A stretch of DNA of 42,100 nucleotides from Macrostomum lignano (lineage: Eukaryota), in assembly GCA_002269645.1 (NCBI GenBank), contig NIVC01004556.1:1-42100 (forward strand). The letters are read 5' to 3'. Below the pieces are notes generated by a model. The model saw nothing but the letters and a program-made list of their open reading frames with translations, searched no databases and was not told the DNA's origin. Positions 1-10,173 of the stretch are shown piece by piece; the first letter of the stretch is position 1, and every line of letters begins with the position of its first letter. Position numbers and translations under genes: made by a program.

Positions 1-1865
1 CGACAAAGGGGAAATCTCGAAAGATTGCGTCGACGAACCTCTGGAACGTGCTAGCTGCGTTGCGCACAGTCCGAAGGGCATTCGAAGGTATTCGAAAGAT
101 CCAAAAGGGTGCAGATTGCGGTCTTTTCTATCGCGTCTTCAGCCATGGGGACGAAGTGATAGGCCTTGACGAGGTCAAGGGTGCTGAATACTTTCGACCA
201 TGCAGCTGGTTGTGGAAGTGGTTAATGTTCGGTATGGGGTACCGATCGAGCTTGTCACGGCGTTCAAAGCTCGATAGTCACCACAAGGGCGCCAAGACCC
301 GTCTTTTTTTCTCACCATATGAAGGGGCGATGCCCACGGGCTGGAAGATGGTCGGACGATTCCGAGTCGAAGCAGCTTGTTCAAACTCTTCCTTTGCAAC
401 AGTGAACTTTTCCGGTGACAGTGGTCGTGGTCGGCAGAAGATCGGCTCGCCTTCCGTTTCGATCGGATGTCGGACGCCTGTTGCGGATGGGGTCGTGTAG
501 TCGGGCGCCTCTAGTACGCGTGGAAACTGGGTGAGGGTTTGATGGTTCCATTTCCGTTGTCACGTTGATTTGTGGAACTGGATCGGAAGAGCAGTTCAGG
601 GCTGTGGATAATTCCGTTACTGAGTCTGTGATGCGTCTCGACTTAAGGTCGATGATCAAACCGAACTTTACGAAGAAAATCCGCTCGAGAATCGGTGCCG
701 TATTAGTGACGATGAATGTTGCGGGTATGGTCGCCGGAGCCCCGGAATAGAGAGAGTCAGGCAGCATTGTCCAAAGGTACGGATCTCGTGTCCACCAATG
801 CTGCGCAACTTCACGGGTGTCGGAGTAAGCAGATTTTGAGGACGTACTGTAGAGCAGGAGTGACCGTTCGGCTCCAGTGTCAACAATAAATGAAACCATG
901 GTGCGAAGAACGTTGCAACGGAGTAACAAAGTGGTGGCCTTGCTCTGGTCACGGGTCGGCCAGGGCACGTGACCGACTAGTTTGAAGCACTTTCTAGATT
1001 GGGCTGTTTGCACGCGAGTGATCTGGTGTGGTCTGGCGGCTGCTGAGCATCGTTGTGGGTTTGGGACCGGGCCATTTGCACCAAGGTCGGCACGTACGGG
1101 CTTGTGAAGCGTAGAATAGATGGCCATTACAGATCTTAGGTCTCTTACGATAGGATCGCTGTTGCCGGTGATCTCCTTCGTACGCCTGCCTAGGCTTGAA
1201 CGCGCCGTGCGGTCTCGAATCCCTGGCTTCGGACGTGCGCTGAATGGGTAAAAACGGAGTTCGGCTGCCGCGACGGCTAACATGCTGTCGGCGATTTTGG
1301 CGAAGTCTTCTAGCGGAGAGTTTTCATGACCGACCAACGCTGAACGGATGTGCGTTGAGAGCGCCGTGAGCAGGCGTGACTTGATGATAGACTCGTCGGC
1401 TGCTAAACCCACCTCGATGAAGCGGCGCTTAATGTCAGTTACCAATTGCGAAGGGCGTTTGTCGCCGAGTTCTACTGCTGCAAGGGCTTCCTCGATACGC
1501 TGGTGGCGGTTGGCGCGCAGTGAGTCTAGAACAGCTGTTTTGAGTCGGTTGTATTCGACGATGTCTATGTCGATGTAGCAGGCAACATCCTCCGGGAGAG
1601 CGGCCAGTGCGTGGTGGAATTTGGTGCTGGCGGAGCTGATTCCAGCCAGGGTAAATTGTGACTCGAGTTGGCGGAACCAAATCTCGGGTGCTTGACGGTA
1701 GAACGGCGGTGGTCTAATTGTGGCGCGTTTACCGACGCTACCGGTTCCGGTATGGCGTTCTCCGCAGAAGCTGCCGCAGGTGGAGTGTCTGATGGAGGTT
1801 GTTGACGTTGGGTGTCTTCCATTTGTCGTAGTCGTCGAGTGTTGGGATTGCACGCTCTGCTACCA
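1..1865 (-). mobile_element. Ty3/gypsy LTR retrotransposon, 5' internal region (Gag, CHCC knuckle, aspartic protease, RT N-terminus), frameshifted, runs off the left edge
   Basis: Gag-like PPPFYRQAPEIWFRQLESQF in ORF 381-1853. C-x2-H-x9-C-x3-C (ICNGHLFYASQARTCRPWC) in another frame at about 1075-1134. Protease FIVDTGAE at about 864-892. RT motifs [48 protein letters not shown] and MPFGLRNAASTFQRF at 1-399, split over several frames. Confidence 0.95.
1851..1865 (-). promoter_or_regulatory. Primer-binding site complementary to the 3' end of initiator tRNA-Met
   Basis: Minus strand reads TGGTAGCAGAGCGTG, 3 nt after an LTR-like ...CGCTACA end. TGGTAGCAGAG is the complement of the conserved animal tRNA-iMet 3' end (CTCTGCTACCA). 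Confidence 0.85.
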
Positions 1866-1868
1866 ATT

Positions 1869-2353
1869 TGTAGCGTTAGGTTACCGCTACAAGCTTACGA
1901 GTGTAAGTGGCACTTCGAAGATAGCTAGCAAAAGCGTGAGGCCTTTTTAGTATATTTTGTCATTGTCGGCTGATTTTCCATGCAAGAATGGCATTCTTGC
2001 ACTCTTTTGCGTGCAGGAATGGATGTCTATGGTAAAATCTCACTGAAAAAGCATTAGGCGCAGAAATGCATTCCTGCACGGTTTTGTGCATTCCTGCACG
2101 ATGAATCATCCGACAATGGAATTCCTTCACGTTCACTCGTGCGTGAAGGACATCGTGCACTCGTGCGCTAGCGCGCACTCGTGCAGATGTCATTCCCGCA
2201 CTCGTGACCGTGCAGGAATATATCATTGCGTTGGGGGCTATTTAGCGCTGGGGCGAACGAATAGTACAGAAGTGTCTATGGGTGAACTAAAGCGATTGGA
2301 ATATAGAATAAGAAATAATTAGAATAAATGATGAATGCTTTGGTGCTGCTACA
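1869..2353 (-). mobile_element. Putative 5' LTR (about 485 bp)
   Basis: TG...CA ends with a 6-bp terminal inverted repeat (TGTAGC at 1869, GCTACA ending at 2353) directly adjacent to the PBS, with internal short repeats. The distal boundary is inferred because the 3' LTR is outside the window. Confidence 0.6.
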
Positions 2354-2535
2354 ACATACGTGATTACTTTACTTCCTAATCTTGATCTACTTCGGCTTAT
2401 TTTGATTCCAGTTAGCTGCTTTCTAGGGGGCTTTGGGCCCTGCCACACGCACGCTCACACAGGGCCGCGCACAGAATAAAATTTGAGTAGAGTCTATAAA
2501 ATTCACAAAGCTTTCATAAATTTGCTTTGCACTAG

Positions 2536-2832
2536 GGCCGCTTGTACGCCACGGCATCCAGACTCTGTTTCTACTCGAAAATAATCGGTTCGAGACTCGG
2601 TTCTCGATTCAATTGACCTCGGTTATCGGCATCTCCAAGGAGCGGACAGCTCGTGTGATTCCCAACGCCATCAGCGTCCAGACCGGCTCGGACCGTATTC
2701 TTCACCAGCATCGGGTCTCGGATCGGCTGCACAGTATGCTCGACCTGCTGTGGCAGAAGGCGATTCGGCCGGAGCCGCTGGATCCCGTACTGTTCTGGGA
2801 GCTGGTGCGGGAGAACTACGGCAGTCAGTTGG
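2536..2832 (+). CDS. GRAMD1: GRAMD1/Aster-like gene, exon encoding the C-terminal half of the GRAM domain (contains apparent 1-nt deletions)
   Basis: ctag| acceptor and |gtgagt donor. Translation across frames gives GRLYATASRLCFYSKIIG-FETRFSIQLTSVIGISKERTARVIPNAISVQT...FTSIGSRDR...LWQKA...W.LVRENYGSQLG, matching the GRAMD1 GRAM domain. The phase-1 end matches the next exon. Confidence 0.85.
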
Positions 2833-2844
2833 GTGAGTGGTGCT

Positions 2845-3030
2845 GTTCTTCTGTACTTTAGAGTGTTCTAATTCTCCTGTACTTTAGAGTGTTCTTATTC
2901 TCCTGTACTTTAGAGTGTTCTTATTCTCCTGTACTTTAGGGTGTTCTTATTCTCCTGTACTTTAGAGTGTTCTTATTCTACTGTACTTTAGAGTGTCGCT
3001 GTATCCATGTACTTTAGAGTGTTCTCCTGT
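2845..3030. repeat. 26-bp minisatellite (about 7 copies) filling a 230-nt GRAMD1 intron
   Basis: Unit tgttcttattctcctgtactttagag; actttag recurs at 2881, 2907 and 2933. Confidence 0.95.
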
Positions 3031-3062
3031 AGTAAAGGTGTTTCCGACTCCCCGGGTTCCAG

Positions 3063-4498
3063 GCCTGGACAAAGAAGACGCAGATCAAGGCGGTGCCCCG
3101 TCGTCCGGCCGCAGACGCTCCTCGGTGGGCGCCGGATCCGCCGACTCCAACGGCGAGGATGCCGCTCAGGCGACGGCTTCAGATACCGGCGGCGACGAAG
3201 CCAGCATCAGCGGTGCCGCTGGTGGCGGCGGCACCGACGGTAACTCGTCCAGTCCGGCCGCTGCTGACGCGCTGGCTGCTGAGTTCGGCTTGCGCAACCG
3301 TCGGACAGGCGGCCGCGGTGCCGACGAGGACCCGGAGTCTAGCGAGGCCGGCGACCACTCGGCAGACCCGTGCGATCGGCACGAGCACTTCGCCGACGAA
3401 TATCTGAATGTACAGCTGCCAGCCAATGTAGACACCGTGTTCCAGTGCCTGTTCGCTCACAAGTCCGCCTGGTTCCGCCAGTTCGCCCGTCATCGCGGCA
3501 TGACGGACGTCTGCGCCGAGCCCTGGCGCCCGGCGCTGCCGCCGGCAGTCGATCAGGCGATGACGGAATCAGCAGCAGTCGTCGATTCCGCGGCCGACGT
3601 TGTTGAATGGCGCGCCCGCCGGGTGACTTTCACCCTGCCGTTGAACAACGCCGTGGGCCCGCGCTCGGCCCAGCAGGTGGAGGAGCAGGCCTACCGCCTG
3701 GCCGACTGCCGGCCTGGCCGCTCCTACTGCGTCGACGTCACGGTGCGCAGCCGGGAGGTGCCCTACTGCGACAGCTTCCACACCCGGGCCCGCTATTGCC
3801 TGCGCGGCCACGGCCCGGACTCCTGCAGGCTGCGCGTCACCACCGATCTGCGCTTCACTCGGTCGCTCTTTAAAATTGTGCGCAACCTGATTGACAGCTC
3901 GGCTAAGAAAGGCTTAGCGGAGCATTTTAGCGCCATGCGCGCCTGCCTTATCAGCTATTTGGCGGCGCGCGGCGCGCCCGGCCTGCCCAACTCCGCCGGC
4001 GCCAATCCGGCCGCCGTTGAGGACGCCGACGCCTCGGCCGCCAGCTTGGCCGCGGTCGGCGGCGTCGACGCTCTGGAAGCTGACGAACTCGTGCCCGACC
4101 TGCAGTCCGCTGCGCCGCCCCTGCCAGCCGACGGCGCTTCCCCCGTCAGCAGCGGCGCCTTCTTTCAACGCTCCACCAGCGTTGGCAGTGGCCGGCTTGT
4201 GGTTGGCTGCCTGCTTGCTCTCTGCTGTCTTCTGCTGATCTGCTTCTGCAGCCTGCACGCCCGCTGCAATCGGCTGCAGGTGCTGCTGGACCAGGCCGCC
4301 CTGCTGCCGCACCAGCACCAGCCGGCGTCTCAGTCGTCCACGCCGGCAGCTGAGGGCGGGCCGCAGCAGCCTGTGGATGTCGAACAGCTGGCCTTGGCAG
4401 TGGAGGCAGCGTTAGAATCTCTGGACGGCATCCGGCAGAGCCTGATTGATCTGCGCCAGCGCCTTGTGGACCGGCGCGGACAGCAGATTAAAGTATGA
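3063..4498 (+). CDS. GRAMD1: GRAMD1/Aster-like terminal exon: linker, VASt (StART-like) sterol-binding domain, TM helix, C-terminal coiled coil
   Basis: ttccag| phase-1 acceptor. VASt motifs NVDTVFQCLF, RRVTFTLPLNNAVGPRSA and EVPYCDSFHTRARYCL, TM LVVGCLLALCCLLLICFCSL, and a heptad-rich C-terminus. Stop at 4496-4498; AATAAA at 4632-4637. Confidence 0.92.
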
Positions 4499-5945
4499 CA
4501 ATGAAGAATTCTTTTTGGGGAACTATCAATCTCCTATTATTCATTATCAACATTCATTATCATCCCAAACACAAATTCGTAGGTATTCAATAGGCTTCCA
4601 GTTTTTGTCTATGGTGTTTTTTAAGATAGATAATAAAATGAACAAGTTGGAAGGTAATGGTAAGAAACTAAGCAATAATACTACTGCTGAAGTTGCTTGA
4701 GTAGTATGTGCGCTGCGTTATGGTACAAAGCCACCATTGTTCCCTAGCCGCTGGGAAAAAATTGCAATGACGGCAAGTTGACGACAAGTCACCCTGTCGT
4801 TGGCATTGGCAGTCGACCAATCAGAAGCCGATCGAAAGCAGGCAGCGAATCGGATTTGCAAGCGCGCATTTGCAGGATACTACTGAGTTGTATCCTACAT
4901 CATACATCATTTTATAGTAAATCGACAAGGCTGTCGTTTCTAGCCTGTCGTTGCTTGTCGTCGCTGCAATTTTTCCCCGCGGGTAGTTGTTGTTTTTTTC
5001 TGATCTTTGTCCGGATTTGCTTCAATCTTCCTCCGCCCCCCCCCTCCCAGCCGCCACAGTCCATATCAAAACTTTGCACGCTTCATCATTCCCTTCATTA
5101 CTCTTGCTGTTGTGCTGTTGTTGGTTACAAGCCACCATTGAACAAGCTTTCAAGTATACATATTATCATTATTATCTGCACTTTATTATTGTATAGGCAG
5201 TTCAGAATCTTGCGCGTTTTTTAATTAGTACAACTTTTTTAATTTTTGGTTTTCTATGATATTCAATACCTACCATTGGTGGATTTTATGCATTGGCTGT
5301 CGAATGTCTCTCTGAATTGCAATGGGATAAAATAATTTACGTCACAAATTCCTGTGTGCCTTAGATTAGTAGAATACTAATTTCGTGTATACCATAAGAT
5401 AATCGTCTGTTATATTTTGATATAGTATCCATGCGATGTGATTGCCAGGTCACCTGATGCTTCAATATGTTTTATTTTATTGCATTGCTTAACCTACGGT
5501 CTCAGTCCGCAGAAAAGTGGCAGTTCCATTGGCTTTCAAATTCCAATGTACTTTGCTCCAAACAAACTTCTCCAAACAAAAAATTAATTGGTTAATTATC
5601 AGTTTTCAACAGCTGTTGTGTTCATTATTCGTTCATAAATTTAAATAATTAAATAACTGTGTCATCTGCATTGAGCATTGAATTGGTTATTGAATTTCGG
5701 AATTGGTTTATTGACTTTTAATTTTGCTTTTTATGTAAATAAATATTGCTAGGCACGGCTGAGCAGTGCGAAGCGGCTGTGCACTTTATTTCTTTCAGTC
5801 GGATTTTGCTTTTCAATAAAACAATTCATGCAGTTTCTCGTGCTGTGTTTTATTTAAGGGTTGGAGTGGCACTGTTTTTGTTTGGGACCATTTGGTAACT
5901 GTCTGCTGGTGTACAAGGACCACGTGGTGATTAGCGACTTATCAT

Positions 5946-6943
5946 TGAGGACTTCTGAGTAAGTGTTGGTCTGTCTGAGAACCTCTGAGTAAGTGTTGGT
6001 CTGTCTGAGGACCTCTGAGTAAGTGTTGTTCTGTCTGAGAACCTCTGAGTAAGTGTTGGTCTGTCTGAGAACCTCTGAGTAAGTGTTGGTCTGTCTGAGG
6101 ACTTCTGAGTAAGTGTTGGGTCTGTCTGAGGACCTCTGAGTAAGTGTTGGTCTGTCTGAGGACTTCTGAGTAAGTGTTGGGTCTGTCTGAGGACCTCTGA
6201 GTAAGTGTTGGTCTGTCTGAGAACCTCTGAGTAAGTGTTGGTCTGTCTGAGGACCTCTGAGTAAGTGTTGGTCTGTCTGAGAACCTCTGAGTAAGTGTTG
6301 GTCTGTCTGAGGACCTCTGAGTAAGTGTTGGTCTGTCTGAGGACCTCTGAGTAAGTGTTGGTCTATCTGAGGACCTCTGAGTAAGTGTTGGTCTGTCTGA
6401 GAACCTCTGAGTAAGTGTTGGTCTATCTGAGGACCTCTGAGTAAGTGTTGGGTCTGTCTGAGGACCTCTGAGTAAGTGTTGTTCTGTCTGAGGACCTCTG
6501 AGTAAGTGTTGGGTCTGTCTGAGGACCTCTGAGTAAGTGTTGGTCTGTCTGAGGACCTCTGAGTAAGTGTTGGTCTGTCTGAGGACCTCTGAGTAAGTGT
6601 TGGTCTGTCTGAGGACCTCTGAGTAAGTGTTGGTCTGTCTGAGGACCTCTGAGTAAGTGTTGGTCTGTCTGAGGACCTCTGAGTAAGTGTTGGTCTGTCT
6701 GAGGACCTCTGAGTAAGTGTTGGTCTGTCTGAGGACCTCTGAGTAAGTGTTGGTCTGTCTGAGGACCTCTGAGTAAGTGTTGTTCTGTCTGAGGACCTCT
6801 GAGTAGGTGTTGGTCTGTCTGAGGACCTCTGAGTAAGTGTTGGTCTGTCTGAGAACCTCTGAGTAAGTGTTGGGTCTATCTGAGGACCTCTGAGTAAGTG
6901 TTGGTCTGTCTGAGGACCTCTGAGTAAGTGTTGGTCTATCTGA
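5946..6943. repeat. 30-bp minisatellite (about 33 copies)
   Basis: Unit ctgtctgaggacctctgagtaagtgttggt; lines 6541-6780 repeat with exact period 30. Confidence 0.97.
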
Positions 6944-7332
6944 TGACCAAGAGTACGAGAAGTCCTGGACAAATTCTCAGCTGATCTTTTACTAACCAAG
7001 ACTTAGAGTCGTGAACTTTTCCGCAATGCGCTACTTGCAGTAGCTGGCGCCGTTATACATTTATAGTGGTTCATCGTGTCTTAGTCATTTTGTCACTGGT
7101 TTAGCGGCAAAATTCTGTGATCTATCAGTAACCTTTGCTGATTAGCCAACAAGATTTTGTGGTGAAGATTGGAATCCTTTCTGACAACTTGCAACAGCCC
7201 AGTCCACCTATCCCTGACTATTTTTATGCGCGCTAATCCCTAATCCCTGTGGCGCTGCTCCCCCATACCCTAATGGCGCATGCGTAGGGCTGGAGGGAGT
7301 GGCTGGCGAATCGACCCGGGGCTGCGAGCTGA

Positions 7333-7409
7333 GAGGCGGGGTCTCGCTACTTGTTCCCGAGGCCAAGGCCAATTGGTGCTGGCTTTCAGCCACGCGGTGA
7401 ATAAATATA
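7333..7409 (+). promoter_or_regulatory. Possible core promoter of the alpha-arrestin gene
   Basis: GC box gaggcgggg at 7333-7341, CCAATTGG at 7369-7376 and TATA-like taaatata at 7402-7409, in the usual order about 200 nt before exon 1. Motif match only. Confidence 0.35.
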
Positions 7410-7619
7410 CACACCAGGGGCAGAAGGCAGAGGGAGGGAGAAAAGGTTTCACTTCCGAGGGATTGAAGCCCTTCTTTTTTCTATTAGCAGTACTCTGCAT
7501 GCCTGCAGCCCTTGCCTTACCAACTATCCTCATTTGCTTTGCTTCCTCCTTGCTCAAGGCAACTATTTGCTCTGTAATTCAACCGGAGGCCTGCTCTCAA
7601 TGATAGTAGTAGTCGGCAT

Positions 7620-7851
7620 TTGATACCGCAAGCGCCAGCAGCGACACTGTTGTCCAGAGAGCCATCTTCGCCCGGCCGTCCGGGCCGTCTGGGAGTGCCG
7701 GGCACTCAGGTGTCCGGCTGTCCGGACAAGGAGACAGTCGGCCTCCGAAGCCTGGACGTGACATTGGACAGATTAGATGGCGTCTTTGCCCCGGGAGACA
7801 GCGTAGCTGGGGCAGTCAGCTGCGATGTCTGTCAGGAGATGACCCTGTTTG
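7620..7851 (+). CDS. Alpha-arrestin (ARRDC-like) coding exon 1; start codon unresolved
   Basis: SLDVTLDRLDGVFAPGDSVAGAVSCDV matches arrestin_N strands 1-2. Donor g|gtaagg is phase 1. Confidence 0.8.
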
Positions 7852-7858
7852 GTAAGGC

Positions 7859-9246
7859 GTGACACTGTAGATAGGGGTTCTTCCTGAGGTGTGGCACTGT
7901 GGGAATGGGCTTCCTGAGGTGTGGCACTGTAGGAATGGGGTTCCTGAGGTGTGGCACTATAGGAATGGGGTTCCTGAGGTGTGGCACTGTAGGAATGGGG
8001 TTCCTGAGGTGTGGCACTATAGGAATGGGGTTCCTGAGGTGTGGCACTATAGGAATGGGGTTCCTGATCCAGGTGTAGCACTATAGGAATGGGGTTCCTG
8101 ATCGTTGTGGCACTGTGGGAATGGGGCCGTTCCTGAGGTGTGGCACTGTAGGAATGGGGTTCCTGAGGTGTGGCACTGTAGGAATGGGGTTCCTGAGGTG
8201 TGGCACTGTAGGAATGGGGTTCCTGAGGTGTGGCACTGTGAGGAATGGGGTTCCTGATCGTTGTGGCACTGTGGGAATGGGGCCGTTCCTGAGGTGTGGC
8301 ACTGTAGGAATGGGGTTCCTGAGGTGTGGCACTATAGGAATGGGGTTCCTGAGGTGTGGCACTATAGGAATGGGGTTTCCTGATCCAGGTGTAGCACTAT
8401 AGGAATGGGGTTCCTGATCGTTGTGGCACTGTGGGAATGGGGCCGTTCCTGAGGTGTGGCACTGTAGGAATGGGGTTCCTGAGGTGTGGCACTGTAGGAA
8501 TGGGGTTCCTGAGGTGTGGCACTGTAGGAATGGGGTTCCTGAGGTGTGGCACTGTGAGGAATGGGGTTCCTGAGGCGTGGCACTATAGAAATGGGGTTCC
8601 TGATCGTTTTGGCACTGTGGGAATGGGGTTCCTGAGGTGTGGCACTATAGGAATGGGGTTCCTGATCCAAGTGTAGCACTGTAGGAATGGGGTTCCTAAT
8701 CGTTGTGGCACTGTGGGAATGGGGTTCCTGAGGTGTGGCACTATAGGAATGGGGTTCCTGATCCAAGTGTAGCACTGTAGGAATGGGGTTCCTGATCGTT
8801 GTGGCACTGTGGGAATGGGGTTCCTGAGGTGTGGCACTGTAGGAATGGGCTTCCTGATCCAGGTGTAGCACTGTAGGAATGGGGTTCCTGATCGTTGTGG
8901 CACTGTGAGAATGGGGTTCCTGAGGTGTGGCACTGTAGGAATGGGGTTTCTGATCCAAGTGTAGCACTGTAGGAATGGGGTTCCTGATCGTTGTGGCACT
9001 GTGGGAATGGGGTTCCTGAGGTGTGGCACTGTAGGAATGGGGTTCCTGAGGTGTGGCACTGTAGGAATGGGCTTCCTGATCCAGGTGTAGCACTGTAGGA
9101 ATGGGGTTCCTGATCGTTGTGGCACTGTGGGAATGGGGTTCCTGAGGTGTGGCACTGTAGGAATGGGGTTCCTGAGGTGTGGCACTGTAGGAATGGGCTT
9201 CCTGATCCAGGTGTAGCACTGTAGGAATGGGGTTTCTGAGGAATGG
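7859..9246. repeat. 30/32/34-bp variant minisatellite (about 44 units) starting right after the arrestin exon-1 donor
   Basis: Monomers tgaggtgtggcactgtaggaatggggttcc (30), tgatcgttgtggcactgtgggaatggggttcc (32) and tgatccaggtgtagcactgtaggaatggggttcc (34). Confidence 0.97.
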
Positions 9247-10113
9247 TGCATGTGTCGCTTCGATGAACTTTCTCTATCAAACCAGGTCATATTGTACTGT
9301 AAATATGTCACGGTGCTCAAGCATGCAGCCCTTAACTCTTTCCCAAAGTTATTGACAGTACTTTATTTCAGGGGCTCGTTAAGTTGAGATGACTGACAGC
9401 CTGCAAACCCCCATATTTTACTAGTATACCGATATTAGTTAAAATTTCCACTCCCTAAAGCCAGTTATTAAATCCGTTGAGCAGCTTCAGTTCAGATGGG
9501 AATTCCCGGGTCGATGTGCCAGTCACGATTGCAGATTCGGATGACTTTGACCTCCCTGAGGGGGAATCATGGTTCTCGTGGAAGAGAATGAACTAGCAAG
9601 AAACTCTTTGGGTGAATGGTCTTCATTAATCTCGAACTTGCGAGAGCTTCTCCTTACCAAGGCAACCTCTAGAAAACAAGCCAGTGTAAGGGAGATGGTA
9701 AACTTTTGTGACACCCAGGTGACCTTTGATGGTTCCTGTCGTTTTCTGCGAAAACCAGAGTTGCTTTCTACAGGACCTATTCAGAGTGCTGCATGGCCAT
9801 CAAGGTCGCTTATCGTCAGCCAGGTTTTAGACTTCCTCTAAGGGCTGCGGAGAGACTGTCTACAGAGGGGGGTAGCTCAAGTTTAGCTGCATAATCAGTA
9901 GTTTCGGTGTCCATCCATACAGCTCTTGAAAGCGTGTAATTTTGCGGACGAGGAAAAATGATGCCCTGCTCAAAAAGAAAACGAATTTGAGCAAAGACGC
10001 AAAGCAATTTTAGCAGCAAACTTTGGTTCAGACTGAGAAAGCAATTAGTGCTTGAGCTGCTTCATGTTCTTTCACTTTCTTGTGCCAGTTTTCAATTCTG
10101 CTCATTGATCTGC

Positions 10114-10170
<57 letters not shown>
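10114..10170. repeat. (GA)n microsatellite
   Basis: Direct reading. Confidence 0.97.

Positions 10171-10173
<3 letters not shown>

Noticed and set aside
48-500. Plus-strand 150-aa ORF and other plus ORFs over the retroelement
   Set aside because: Antisense shadows of the minus-strand pol region; no independent motifs.
1869-1891. 23-bp TGTAGCG...CGCTACA as a complete miniature LTR
   Set aside because: Too short to hold promoter and poly(A) signals; a matching GCTACA end at 2353 gives a normal-sized LTR.
5854-6999. 381-aa minus ORF (TLTQRSSDRP)n
   Set aside because: Translation of a 30-bp array (multiple of 3); no splice or homology support.
7773-9320. Many overlapping repetitive ORFs on both strands
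   Set aside because: Products of the intron-1 minisatellite.
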